This document shows, piece by piece, positions 41,623 through 51,660 of a DNA stretch of 64,000 nt; within the stretch, counting starts at the first letter, position 1; every line of letters begins with the position of its first letter. The position numbers were made by a program, and so were the translations under genes. The DNA is from Rhodothermales bacterium. Lineage in GTDB: Bacteria; Bacteroidota; Rhodothermia; Rhodothermales; UBA10348. Below the pieces are notes generated by a model that saw only the letters and a program-made list of their open reading frames with translations, was not told the origin of the DNA and did not search any database. The DNA lies in contig CBDFGO010000002.1 in the NCBI GenBank assembly GCA_965247125.1, positions 1,062,379 through 1,126,378 of the forward strand. The letters are read 5' to 3'.

Positions 41623-44535
41623 TCAATCGAGCTCTCGAATCCTGATATTTCTCCACCGCACCATTTTTCCAGCAAGACTCGCATCACGAATCGAGTGAAC
41701 CTGTAGCGCAATAAAGCCCTCGGAGGTCATGGAATCGAGTATATCTGTCGCGAGCACTCCGTTGAGCCATGTTCGAATATGATCGCCACGTGCTTCGATC
41801 CGAAAATGATTCCACTCATTCTGTTTGAACGCAGCCCGTGCCTTCGGATTTCTGGTTAGATCGAATAACCACCCCCGTCTGCTCTCGTCGTAAAGCCCGG
41901 CAGTCCATGCTCGGTCCGTTGGATCAATCTCAATCTGATAGCCATGAACCCGGCCATTTCGGTAGTCTGGGAGGCTGTTACTGCGTATCTGTACGCCTGA
42001 ATTCAGCTCGGGATCGACGTTGAATTCCAGTTCCAGGATGAAATCGGCATACGTGCGGTCTGTCGCGAGGAACGAATTGGGCGAATTTATGACCGTCACT
42101 CCAGTTATCTCACCTTGCTCGACACTATAGCTGGCGGATCCATTTATCAACGTCCATCCTTCCAGGGAATTCGGCTGAACCAGAGGAGTCCAATCCGTCT
42201 CGGTCGCCCGAAGTGCGTCGGTGGAATAGGCTCCCACGGCGCCCTGATTTCGTACCTCGGCAACCTGACTCAAGGTGATCGCTCCAGCCTGATTGCCCCA
42301 CTCATTTCGCGCGAAGGTCAGCGCATCTGCAATATCCTGATTAGAGTACGGCGCGTCGCGCACGCCTGGCATATGATCGATGACGTCTGGCGCGGCGTAG
42401 GTTTTCCCATCTACCTCGACGGGACCTTCGATTCCATCCATAACCAGACGAATCAGTCGATTAGCATCCTGAAGAACCCATTGAGATCTGATCATGGGCG
42501 GGGCAGTTGCCGTCATCCCCCTGCCGTCCCTTCCATGGCAGGTTCCGCAAAACGTTGTATACACCTCGCGGCCCCGCTCGAAGGACGGTACAAATTCGGC
42601 CGGCAGAAGGCGAACTCCGTCCATGGCCTGCACCAGAGCCATGCCGGCTGCTTGCTCGGTTGTCGCGAGGAAACGATTTGAAGAGGTGCCTGCAACGCGG
42701 GCGAATGTAAGAAAGTCATCTTCCCTGTCTTCGAGCGTTCCGAGAATCGCATCGATGACTCGTGGCGAATCGGCATGCCGATTCGCCAACGACACTTGCA
42801 GGCCCCAGGCCCCGCCTCGATCAGTGCCGTAGTAGGCCGCGACGGCGGAGGCGATGTAGGCGGCATCCTCCGCAGAAGAAGTGCGACTCATTGATCGCAG
42901 CAGGCTCATTCCTCGCGCGGTATGGGTTTGTGCTGCAAGGGTTACTACGGCTCCGCGCACTTTGGGATGATCGCTTCGGGAAGCCAGTTCGAGAGTTGAG
43001 GTCGACAGTCTATCGAGACCCTCGAGCGTGTAGAGAGCATGGATCCGGGTGCGTGGATCACTCGCGCCGGTGGCCAACACTTCCAAAGCGGTCTGCATTT
43101 GGGTGGCGTTCCGTTCGATCAGCAAACGCTGCGCCGTGTCACGCCACCACCCATTTGGATGCGTGAGGTGGCTAACCAGATCTGTATTGCTCGCTCCGCT
43201 GAGCGACGGTTGCTCACCCAGGGGTGTGGCCTTCCATTTAACCCGGTAAATGCGTCCCAGCCCGAGCGGCGTAGCAAGGCCTCGACTTTCAATCTGATTC
43301 TTGAGGTAGTCCGTTAGATAGGTTGAATGCTGGACAACACCTCGATACATGTCCAGCAGGTAAAGGCTGCCATCCGGAGCGGTATAGCCGTTGACCGGTC
43401 TGAATCGTTCGTCAGTCGCCGTCAGAAACTCACGGTTTTCGTATGGCTCGGCTCCTCGAACCGTTCCTTCCTCGTCCGACAACACCACTCGCTTTACCAG
43501 ATTCGCCACAGTTTCCTGGACGAATGCATTTCCCCGATACGCTTCCGGGAAATTATCTCCCCGGTATATCACAGGACCCGTCGCTGAAGTAACGTTTACC
43601 AGCCGGCCCGAGTCGTCCAGTGTCGCCGGGCGATACGCCCGATTGGCGCCTGGCGTGACCCGCCTCGGATAGGTTCGATTGGACGCTCGGCTGGGGCCGT
43701 ATACTCTTCGATCCCCGACCTCATGATGCGGATTCATCGCGACAACATTGGGTGGAGTGTCATCTCCGAGCAAGGTCTGGCTGTTGTTGTTGTAAAAAAG
43801 GCGCCCCCAATCGTCCTGGGTGATTCCCCACTGACCCCGGTATTGGGTGAGTTCTTTAAGCCACTTACCGTCCTGGTATCGATACCGCTGATCAGATTTA
43901 GCGTTGTAGATCCAGTTATCCATCGACACCAGTAGTCCGTTCGGTTGGTGTTCAGGATTTCCGCCGACCGCGTAAACGGAGTCGACGACGGTCATTTTGC
44001 CCGCTTCGTAGCCATTGCGCTCAACGAAAAACAGGTTCGGTGGAATGGCGACCAGGACCCCACCATTGTAGATGGAGATGGCGCGCGGAAGATAAATGTG
44101 GTCCAGAAACACAGACGAAGATTCGTAATGACCGTCATTGTCCTCATCGGTCAACACGACGATTCGGCCTGCGGGCTCGCCCGTCTTGTCTCCCTCAGTC
44201 GTCCACATGTAGTCGCGCATTTCCACGACCCACATGGCTCCATCTTCGTCAAAAACCAGGGCGACCGGATCGACAATTTGGGGCTCACTGGCTACCAACT
44301 GGACCTCGAATCCATCCTCCACCTCAAAATCCAGGAGAGCCTCCTGCGCGGATATTACCGGAGCCGCGGGGATGCTGTCCGGGTGGACGACATCTACATC
44401 CATGGGTGCATCTCCTGATGCTTCCGCCTCAGGCTGGGTGGTATCGGATTGGCATCCCGAGGCGATGGGTAACAGGAAAAGGAAAACCAGCAGGTAAAAT
44501 CTGGGCATTGATCGGGTGGATTGTGTGGCGTCCAA
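41623..44535 (-). CDS. PVC-type membrane-bound-dehydrogenase-like lipoprotein with HEAT-like repeats, a heme-binding CxxCH domain and a C-terminal DUF1080 (3-keto-disaccharide-hydrolase-like) domain
   Basis: Lipobox LLPIASGC. The segment DFEVEDGFEVQLVASEPQIVDPVALVFDEDGAMWVVEMRDY is the putative membrane-bound dehydrogenase domain signature. Heme motif FCGTCHGRDG. The C-terminus WNHFRIEARGDHIRTWLNGV is DUF1080-like. Confidence 0.75.
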   Translation of the reverse strand: MDATQSTRSMPRFYLLVFLFLLPIASGCQSDTTQPEAEASGDAPMDVDVVHPDSIPAAPVISAQEALLDFEVEDGFEVQLVASEPQIVDPVALVFDEDGAMWVVEMRDYMWTTEGDKTGEPAGRIVVLTDEDNDGHYESSSVFLDHIYLPRAISIYNGGVLVAIPPNLFFVERNGYEAGKMTVVDSVYAVGGNPEHQPNGLLVSMDNWIYNAKSDQRYRYQDGKWLKELTQYRGQWGITQDDWGRLFYNNNSQTLLGDDTPPNVVAMNPHHEVGDRRVYGPSRASNRTYPRRVTPGANRAYRPATLDDSGRLVNVTSATGPVIYRGDNFPEAYRGNAFVQETVANLVKRVVLSDEEGTVRGAEPYENREFLTATDERFRPVNGYTAPDGSLYLLDMYRGVVQHSTYLTDYLKNQIESRGLATPLGLGRIYRVKWKATPLGEQPSLSGASNTDLVSHLTHPNGWWRDTAQRLLIERNATQMQTALEVLATGASDPRTRIHALYTLEGLDRLSTSTLELASRSDHPKVRGAVVTLAAQTHTARGMSLLRSMSRTSSAEDAAYIASAVAAYYGTDRGGAWGLQVSLANRHADSPRVIDAILGTLEDREDDFLTFARVAGTSSNRFLATTEQAAGMALVQAMDGVRLLPAEFVPSFERGREVYTTFCGTCHGRDGRGMTATAPPMIRSQWVLQDANRLIRLVMDGIEGPVEVDGKTYAAPDVIDHMPGVRDAPYSNQDIADALTFARNEWGNQAGAITLSQVAEVRNQGAVGAYSTDALRATETDWTPLVQPNSLEGWTLINGSASYSVEQGEITGVTVINSPNSFLATDRTYADFILELEFNVDPELNSGVQIRSNSLPDYRNGRVHGYQIEIDPTDRAWTAGLYDESRRGWLFDLTRNPKARAAFKQNEWNHFRIEARGDHIRTWLNGVLATDILDSMTSEGFIALQVHSIRDASLAGKMVRWRNIRIRELD

Positions 44536-44575
44536 ACCTACGATCGAGCCCCCGGAACCTCAACGAAAGGTAGGT

Positions 44576-45031
44576 CTATCGCCGGCGTACACGCTTAAGG
44601 TAGATCTCGTCCGATTTTTTCAACCGACCGCGCTTCTTTTTGTACGCGGATATCCGGTTCCCATCCCTCATCCAGATGGTATCGTCCGACGAATAGCTGT
44701 CGGAATCGCCCATGATAAGCTGGCCACGTCCATTGACGAACCAATCAGAATCCTCTTCTTCGTCCTCGACTCCGAACGCATCGACCCATACGATCATGCG
44801 ATTGTCTTCCAGGAACTCGAAATAGACGTGGATTTCATCCATCAAGCCATCCACAGCGCTGAGGATAATCCGCTCGAATGCTGTATCCGCGTCGTTTTTC
44901 GCTTCGTGATCGAGGTCGAATACCATTTTCCACGTGGTGCCTTCGAGATCGCCTTCACGAAGGCGAGACTGGGCCAGGAGTACTCCCGTTGTTACGATCG
45001 AGAGGAAAAGGAATACAAAAATCTTTTTCAT
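44576..45031 (-). CDS. Hypothetical secreted protein (151 aa)
   Basis: Signal peptide MKKIFVFLFLSIVTTGVLLAQS. I recognise no family. Confidence 0.55.
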   Translation of the reverse strand: MKKIFVFLFLSIVTTGVLLAQSRLREGDLEGTTWKMVFDLDHEAKNDADTAFERIILSAVDGLMDEIHVYFEFLEDNRMIVWVDAFGVEDEEEDSDWFVNGRGQLIMGDSDSYSSDDTIWMRDGNRISAYKKKRGRLKKSDEIYLKRVRRR

Positions 45032-45148
45032 GGATCCGAGTACCGCTATGTCTGTGAATTCGTCAGCCGGAACTGACTGTTAAAATTTTAGCAGTATTCG
45101 AGAGTTTAGTGGGAAAGTTACCGTTGGTGCTAAAAAAATGCACGATGC

Positions 45149-45961
45149 CTATTTTGCCCAGATAATGGGATTGAGAGGGGTATCGATGACGTCTCCGACC
45201 GTTGCGCCCGGACACCAGGTGTCCCGATCGAGTTGTTGATTTGCGTTTTCCGGCTTTTTCAACCGCATCATTGAATCCATATAGATGATGCACATCACTC
45301 GGCGCGGAGTGTCGGTAGTGTTTGGAGCAGCTCGGTGAAAACACCATCCCGCGTGGAAGCTCACTTCGCCCAGTTCAAACGGCTCGATAATCTGCTCGCA
45401 CCTTGAATCAGCCAACGCTCTGTCGATCAAGGCCTCGCTTTCGTCGCCGATGGGCTGGTCCCTTCCAATCTCGAGATGATGACTTCGGGCGGAAAATTCC
45501 AGCGCTCCCATTTCCAGCGGTGTCTCCTGAAGCGGAATCCAGGCCGTAATGCATTTCGCCGATTTGAGTGGCCAGTAGTACTGGTCCGCGTGCCACGGGG
45601 TATACCCACCCCCGGCTTCTTTATAAAGCGCCTGATCGTGATAGAGCCTAGTGCCACCTACCTCCATCAACTCTGCGGCGATTTGTCCAAGCCGAGGGCT
45701 CAATACCAACTCACGTACGGCCTCATCTTGAGTCCAAAGATTCATGACCTGAAGGAAGGCCTTACCATAGGTCGTTCGCTCTTCCATCGGAACGTCTTGT
45801 GAGCTGCGCAGAAGGACTTGCTCAGTTATTAGACGGTCAAAATGATCGAGGACGCCCTCGTCGAAAACGTTTTTCAATTTGATGAATCCGTTCTCGAGAT
45901 AAAGCCGCGCAGCATCCGGCGCCAGCAAATAGGGTTCTTTGAGTAGCTCAGTCGTATTCAT
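45149..45961 (-). CDS. Phytanoyl-CoA dioxygenase (PhyH) family Fe(II)/2-oxoglutarate oxygenase
   Basis: From ATG 45961 (MNTTELLKEPYL...). HxD motif in YTPWHADQYYW. The distal His lies in SFHAGWCFHRAAPN. The 89-codon ORF extension to 46228 overlaps the divergent kinase gene and is rejected. Confidence 0.7.
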   Translation of the reverse strand: MNTTELLKEPYLLAPDAARLYLENGFIKLKNVFDEGVLDHFDRLITEQVLLRSSQDVPMEERTTYGKAFLQVMNLWTQDEAVRELVLSPRLGQIAAELMEVGGTRLYHDQALYKEAGGGYTPWHADQYYWPLKSAKCITAWIPLQETPLEMGALEFSARSHHLEIGRDQPIGDESEALIDRALADSRCEQIIEPFELGEVSFHAGWCFHRAAPNTTDTPRRVMCIIYMDSMMRLKKPENANQQLDRDTWCPGATVGDVIDTPLNPIIWAK

Positions 45962-46051
45962 CACCCTTAAAAATAGATCTGTCCGAGCCAATACGCACCT
46001 TGTGGTTGGCGGGATTATCCCATTTATTGAGGCCCCTCCACCCCAGATACC

Positions 46052-48943
46052 ATGATTGGCCAGACAATAGCTCAGTATCACATTATTTCCGAGCTCGGAA
46101 GAGGCGGAATGGGCGTCGTTTATCGCGCGATGGATACAGAACTCAAGCGCGACGTGGCCCTCAAAGTTATGTCTGCTCTTGAGCTGGCATCTGACGAAGC
46201 AAAAGCAAGATTTCGACAGGAGGCTCAAGCCGCCACTCAGCTCAATAATCCCAACGTCGCCACCATCTATCAGATCGGCGAGGATGCAGGTAAGCTTTTC
46301 ATCGCGATGGAGTATATCGAAGGAAAAACACTCGAAGAACTGATTGGAAGCGATCTATCACCAGACAACGCCCTGAGATTGGGCGCTCAACTGGCCGACG
46401 GTCTTGCTGCCGCCCACGCCCGCAACATCGTGCACCGGGATATCAAGCCTGCCAACGTGATGGTGGATTCGAGCGGGCGCCTGAAGATTCTTGATTTCGG
46501 GCTCGCAAAAATGGATGCCAGTCCCAACCTGACGGTTGAAGGGGTTACCGTGGGGACTTACGCATACATGAGCCCCGAGCAGATTCGGGGTGAAGAAGCA
46601 GGCGTGGCTTCTGATATGTGGTCCTTCGGAGTACTGTTGCACGAAATGCTGGCCGGAGAACGTCCATTCAGCGCGGCCTACGACGCGGCACTGTCGTTCC
46701 AGATTCTGAATGAAGACCCAGCAGAGCTCGACGATTTGGTTCCTAAGGAAGTACGCGCGGGCGTTTCGGCCCTTTTGACGAAAGATGCTTCGCTCCGACT
46801 GCTGGATGCGAGAGAGTTTTTGGCTGAACATGCTCCCTCGGGCTCGTTTTCAACGGTTTCGAGACCCGCCGCGCCCTCTTCAGGGACTCCTGCGTGGCAG
46901 AAGCCCGCTATGATTGGTATTGGAGTAGTAATCGTCGCGCTTCTGGCGTGGGTGCTCCTGCCGGGAGGCTCCGACACCCCCCCACAACAGGACGGAATCG
47001 CCGTTTTTCCGTTCAACGTGTCAGGCAGTGAAGAGCTTGTCGATTTTGGTGATGGGTTCGCCCGCCTGCTTACGGACCGACTCGACGAATCTGGAGCGGT
47101 TCGAACGGTTGAATACAATGGGTTGAAAGGTCTGGTCGATCGTCGCGGGGGTCTCGTGGCAACACCCGAAGACGCACGAGCGCTGGCCTCAGAATTCAAT
47201 TCGGAGGGATACGTGTTTGGAAATGTGTTGGAGGTGCCGGGTTCCATCGTTATCAGCGCCTCGCTTTTTGGTGCAGGAGGGAACGAGGATGCGACGGCTC
47301 AGATAACCATTTCCGAGGAATCCGAAATCTTGCAAGCCGTGGATGATCTGGGGCGACAGCTTCTGGCAAGCAAGTATGGCGAGTCGGGAGATGAACTAAC
47401 TCGCGCCGCGGTTCTAACCACCAAATCCTATCCTGCGCTGAAGCTGTACCTGCGCGGCATGGATCATCTACGGTCGACCGATTTTCACGAGGCCTATACG
47501 AGCTTTCAGGAAGCTACCGAGATTGACTCAACGTTTGCGATGGCCTGGTACGGCATGGGTCGCACCTCTGAGTGGGGTAACAATCCACGTGATCCAGAAC
47601 ACAAATCGTATAATCGTGCTCTTACTTTCAGCGACAGACTACCCCTGCGTCTTCGAGATCGCATCGATGCCCTAAAAGCATTTAGAGATGCCGATGCAGA
47701 AGAGGCGTTGCGTTTATTCGGGCGAGCCACAACGGCCTATCCCGATGACGCGGACGCGTGGGCCTTACGGGGTGATGTGGCCTACCACTTTAACAGGCTG
47801 CTGGGAAGGCCAATGAGCGAGGCCGTTGAGTACATGCAGCGGGCCATCGAGATCGATCCTGGAAATCAGGAAATGAACAGCCATCTTAGAGGAATTCTGC
47901 TGGACATGGGAGATGTGGAAGGATTCGCCCTTCTGTCTCAAAAACCCTTTGATGCACCAGCATGGACCGAGTGGATTCCCGCATTGTTAACGGATTCTCT
48001 CGGCATGCAGAGTCCAGCGTTTGATTCGCTCAGCAATTCCGATCAGTGGTTTTTTATGCCATTATTTGCACATCTATTTTTTTTAGAGGACCCCTGGTTG
48101 GCAGAGTCATCCATTGAAGCGCTATCTCCAGATAAACGTGCTCTTATGGGTCCGGCCTCTTCGCTGATTCAGGTAACCACAGGACGAGTACGAAGGGCGT
48201 GGGAAGGATGGGGTCCTGTGCTGCAGGATAATCCAGAGATCCCACTGCTAACTCTTGCGTTGTCCCCTTCGCTCTATGAGCCCCATCAGGACGTTCTGGA
48301 CGAGGCCTGGAAAGACTATTTGGCTCCTGCGCTAGCGAGAGGAATTGAAGCCGAGACTGAAGAACGAAAACAAGGATTGTTATATCACACCGGTGTGCTC
48401 GCCTTGATGCGCCAAGATGATGACGCGGTCGATGATGTGATTAGCCGGCTACAGTCCGATACGACAGTTGTGGCCACCACCCTGGTGAATCTTCTTCAGT
48501 CTCGGCGGAGCCTCTATGAAGGCCGTTTTCAGGAAGCTTTGCGTCTTGCTGACTCCGCTTTTTTTAATGCTGCCATGCGCTTTCGGGATCAGGCGGCGGG
48601 CTTCTCGTGGCCGTTCCAGGCCCGTTGGCTACGAACGGAGGCACTTTTTCGACTTGGTGAGTATAGCCGAGTTATCCGGTGGATTGACGCACTGGGGGAC
48701 GGAGGTTTGTCAGGTGATGACGGTACAGATGGCCAACTGATGTCCATGAAATGGGCCGCCTCAGCGTTTATGCGGGGAAAATCCAACATGGCCCTTCAGC
48801 GCTACGACGAAGCCGAAAAAGACTTCGCGCGGTTCATCTATCTGTTCCGCGAGGCCGACGAAGAGTATCAGCACCTGGTCGGAGATGCGCGCGAAGAATT
48901 GGACCGTATAGCAGAGATAAGAACGCGGGAGCCATCTTCCTGA
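46052..48943 (+). CDS. Ser/Thr protein kinase with one TM helix and a large TPR-like C-terminal region
   Basis: Kinase motifs GRGGMGVVYRA, ALKV, HRDIKPANVMV, DFGLAK and GTYAYMSPE. TM helix AMIGIGVVIVALLAWVLL. About 650 aa of helical-repeat sequence follow. Confidence 0.88.
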   Translation: MIGQTIAQYHIISELGRGGMGVVYRAMDTELKRDVALKVMSALELASDEAKARFRQEAQAATQLNNPNVATIYQIGEDAGKLFIAMEYIEGKTLEELIGSDLSPDNALRLGAQLADGLAAAHARNIVHRDIKPANVMVDSSGRLKILDFGLAKMDASPNLTVEGVTVGTYAYMSPEQIRGEEAGVASDMWSFGVLLHEMLAGERPFSAAYDAALSFQILNEDPAELDDLVPKEVRAGVSALLTKDASLRLLDAREFLAEHAPSGSFSTVSRPAAPSSGTPAWQKPAMIGIGVVIVALLAWVLLPGGSDTPPQQDGIAVFPFNVSGSEELVDFGDGFARLLTDRLDESGAVRTVEYNGLKGLVDRRGGLVATPEDARALASEFNSEGYVFGNVLEVPGSIVISASLFGAGGNEDATAQITISEESEILQAVDDLGRQLLASKYGESGDELTRAAVLTTKSYPALKLYLRGMDHLRSTDFHEAYTSFQEATEIDSTFAMAWYGMGRTSEWGNNPRDPEHKSYNRALTFSDRLPLRLRDRIDALKAFRDADAEEALRLFGRATTAYPDDADAWALRGDVAYHFNRLLGRPMSEAVEYMQRAIEIDPGNQEMNSHLRGILLDMGDVEGFALLSQKPFDAPAWTEWIPALLTDSLGMQSPAFDSLSNSDQWFFMPLFAHLFFLEDPWLAESSIEALSPDKRALMGPASSLIQVTTGRVRRAWEGWGPVLQDNPEIPLLTLALSPSLYEPHQDVLDEAWKDYLAPALARGIEAETEERKQGLLYHTGVLALMRQDDDAVDDVISRLQSDTTVVATTLVNLLQSRRSLYEGRFQEALRLADSAFFNAAMRFRDQAAGFSWPFQARWLRTEALFRLGEYSRVIRWIDALGDGGLSGDDGTDGQLMSMKWAASAFMRGKSNMALQRYDEAEKDFARFIYLFREADEEYQHLVGDAREELDRIAEIRTREPSS

Positions 48944-48964
48944 CGACTCCCCGCCGACTATTCG

Positions 48965-50140
48965 TTATTTCAGCAACGTCATGATCCTGCTCTCGACGTG
49001 TGTGCCAAGGCTGAGCCGGTAAAGGTATGCACCACCAGGAAGATTGTCGGCTTCGAACTGCACACTGTGCTCGCCTGCGGGCATCACGCCGTCAACCAAC
49101 ATGGCAACTTCACGTCCCATCATATCGAATACCGAGAGCCGAACCTGCTGCGAGGTATCGATATCGAATTGAATATTCGTGCTCGGATTGAAAGGGTTCG
49201 GATAGTTCTGATCCAATGTCATGGATGAAGGAAGTTCATCGCTCCCTTCGGAGTCGGTGGCCTGGCCAAGCGTAATGACGCGCAGAAAGTTTTTCGCTCC
49301 AATCGAGTGTATGTAGAGTTTCGTGCCGTCGGGAGAAACGGTAATTCCGTTTGGCTGAGTGAACTGTGCCGAAGAAGCGTCCCCATCGACATCTCCCTGA
49401 TCCCCCGTTCCGCTGAAGACGGAGATCGCCCCGGTCAGCGATATCCGCATGATCTGATGGTGGCCGATATCAGTCGCATAGAGCGCCCCCCCTGCAAACA
49501 CCATGTGCCCGATGGTGAACGTGTTTACCTGGGCAGGCACATTAGCCAGGAAAGTCACTTCTCCCGCAGGAGTGATTTTATTGATGCGCGTGTCGTACAG
49601 ATTGGCGGAGTAGAGATTCCCCTCGTCGTCGAACGCGATGCCCACCGGCCGATCAACACCCCGACCAATCACGAAATTTGTGGCGACTCCCGCCGGGGTG
49701 ACCCTGCTGATTCCGCCCGTACCGCTTGGAGGTGCGTGGCCCACATACAAGTTTCCGTCTGGTCCAAAAGCCAGGCCCGTCGGATAGGGATCGACACCGG
49801 CAAATAGCTCTAAGCCTCCTTCCTCATCCAGGCGAAAGATCTTTCGGTCGTTCCAGGTAGAGACGTACAGATTTTCATCCGCATCCATGGCCATGTGAAT
49901 GGGGCCGTCAAGACCGGTAGCAAAACTCGAGACGTTTCCCTCGGGCGAAATTTCATATATATCGGTCTTATTCCAGCCCCCGGCGGCATAAATGGTACCG
50001 TCTGGTGCGGCAAAGAGGCCGTCTGCGGTCAGAAACTGCGAGAGAGGAAGGGAGGAGACGGTCTGTGCGGTTGCGGCGGGTCCAACAAGTCCAGAAAGTC
50101 CCAAAAGTCCGACCAGAAGAAGCGGTAACGTCTGTTTCAT
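48965..50140 (-). CDS. NHL/SMP-30-like beta-propeller protein with a T9SS C-terminal sorting domain
   Basis: Signal peptide MKQTLPLLLVGLLGLSGLVGPAATAQ. Repeats of the P-x-G-(I/L)-A-(F/M)-D-xx-G-N-L-Y-V type. The tail reads NYPNPFNPSTNIQFDI...GAYLYRL. Confidence 0.75.
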   Translation of the reverse strand: MKQTLPLLLVGLLGLSGLVGPAATAQTVSSLPLSQFLTADGLFAAPDGTIYAAGGWNKTDIYEISPEGNVSSFATGLDGPIHMAMDADENLYVSTWNDRKIFRLDEEGGLELFAGVDPYPTGLAFGPDGNLYVGHAPPSGTGGISRVTPAGVATNFVIGRGVDRPVGIAFDDEGNLYSANLYDTRINKITPAGEVTFLANVPAQVNTFTIGHMVFAGGALYATDIGHHQIMRISLTGAISVFSGTGDQGDVDGDASSAQFTQPNGITVSPDGTKLYIHSIGAKNFLRVITLGQATDSEGSDELPSSMTLDQNYPNPFNPSTNIQFDIDTSQQVRLSVFDMMGREVAMLVDGVMPAGEHSVQFEADNLPGGAYLYRLSLGTHVESRIMTLLK

Positions 50141-50265
50141 TATTTGCGCTGGGTTGCGATGATTTAAGCAGCGCCGAATGTAGATCGAACCTAATTTACC
50201 GCCCGCTTTTTGTCAGTGAACGGCTCTCAGTCAAGTGGGAACGGCGTGATTGGCCGTCAGAACCG

Positions 50266-51660
50266 CTACAGATGATCCGGCGGTGGGATCGGCTCCATCT
50301 CGCCTTTTGCCAACCGATCCTGATACTGGCTCCAGTTCATCGACGGAATGGATGATTCTCTCTCGACCATCGTGATGCATTCGTCGGCGGGACAGACCAG
50401 GGAGCAGAGATTGCAACCGACGCAGGTGTCTTCTTTGATCTCGTATCTGTTGAGATATCCATCCCCGGCGCCGGCAATAAACGTTTTCCCAGCGCTGAGG
50501 GTCACTGCAGCGGCAGAACCCTTCGAGGGGTAGTCATCTTCGGCAATTTGGGTCTGGGATATCGACTGATGGGCCCCGTCTTCGCACGCGATGAAGCACA
50601 GGCCGCAGTGGATGCACTTCGACTGATCGATTTCGGCGACGACTTTGTAGCCCAGGTCAAGCTCATTCCAGTCCCCTACTGAAGAAACGGTGTGCCCGAT
50701 AAAGTCATCCAGTTGGGAGAAATTCTTGCTCATCATCCAATTTTCGAGACCCGATATGAGGTGTTCGACGATCCGGAATCCGTAGTGCATCACCGCCGTG
50801 CAAACCTGCACATTGCCGGCGCCCAGAAGCATGAATTCGATCGTATCCTGCCAGGCCTGAATACCTCCAATTCCAGAGATCGGGATTCCGAATTTCGGGT
50901 CGGAGGCGAGCTTTTGGACCATATTCAAGGCGATCGGTTTTACCGCCGGTCCGCAATATCCCCCATGTGATCCTTTTCCTGCCACGTTTGGAAGTGGGTT
51001 CAGGGTCTCCAGGTCCACACCGATGATCGAATTGATGGTGTTGATCAGCGAAACGCCGTCTGCTCCACCGGCCACTGCGGCACGCCCAACGTGCGTAATG
51101 TCCGTGACATTGGGCGTAAGCTTTACCAGAACGGGCGTCTGGGCGACCTCTTTTACCCATGCGGTGACCATTTCGGTGTATTCGGGTACCTGACCGACGG
51201 CCGCGCCCATTCCGCGTTCGCTCATTCCGTGGGGACAGCCGAAATTGAGTTCCAGGCCGTCGCAACCCGTGTCTTCTGTGCGCTTTACAATATCGTGCCA
51301 GGCTTCTCGGGTTGATTCAACCATGAGCGAGACGATGACCGCATGATTTGGAAAATCGCGTTTAACCTGCCGGATTTCCTTGAGATTGGTCTCCAAGGTA
51401 CGATCGGTGATGAGCTCTATATTGTTGAGGCCCACTAATTTACGGCCATCATGATTCAATCCTCCATATCGGGACGACACGTTGACGATGGGTTCGTGTC
51501 CAAGCGTTTTCCACACCGCCCCGCCCCAACCTGCTTCAAAAGCACGGGCAACCTGATACGCCGAGTTTGTCGGCGGAGCACTGGCCAACCAGAACGGATT
51601 GGGGCTGCGAATGTCAGCGAGATTTGACCTCAGATCAGGCTTTTTCGAGTTGTTTGTCAT
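50266..51660 (-). CDS. preA: Dihydropyrimidine dehydrogenase, PreA-type subunit (DHOD-like FMN barrel plus 2x[4Fe-4S])
   Basis: 464 aa. N-terminus DIRSPNPFWLASAPPTN, then LNFGCPHGM, and C-terminal CIHCGLCFIACED and CVGCNLCSLVCP. Its start overlaps the preT stop by 4 nt. Confidence 0.85.
   Translation of the reverse strand: MTNNSKKPDLRSNLADIRSPNPFWLASAPPTNSAYQVARAFEAGWGGAVWKTLGHEPIVNVSSRYGGLNHDGRKLVGLNNIELITDRTLETNLKEIRQVKRDFPNHAVIVSLMVESTREAWHDIVKRTEDTGCDGLELNFGCPHGMSERGMGAAVGQVPEYTEMVTAWVKEVAQTPVLVKLTPNVTDITHVGRAAVAGGADGVSLINTINSIIGVDLETLNPLPNVAGKGSHGGYCGPAVKPIALNMVQKLASDPKFGIPISGIGGIQAWQDTIEFMLLGAGNVQVCTAVMHYGFRIVEHLISGLENWMMSKNFSQLDDFIGHTVSSVGDWNELDLGYKVVAEIDQSKCIHCGLCFIACEDGAHQSISQTQIAEDDYPSKGSAAAVTLSAGKTFIAGAGDGYLNRYEIKEDTCVGCNLCSLVCPADECITMVERESSIPSMNWSQYQDRLAKGEMEPIPPPDHL

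Noticed and set aside
45962-46228. 89-codon N-terminal extension of the PhyH-family ORF overlapping the Ser/Thr kinase start
   Set aside because: The conserved PhyH sequence begins at MNTTELL (ATG 45961). The extension is Cys/His-rich nonsense and overlaps the kinase gene on the other strand.
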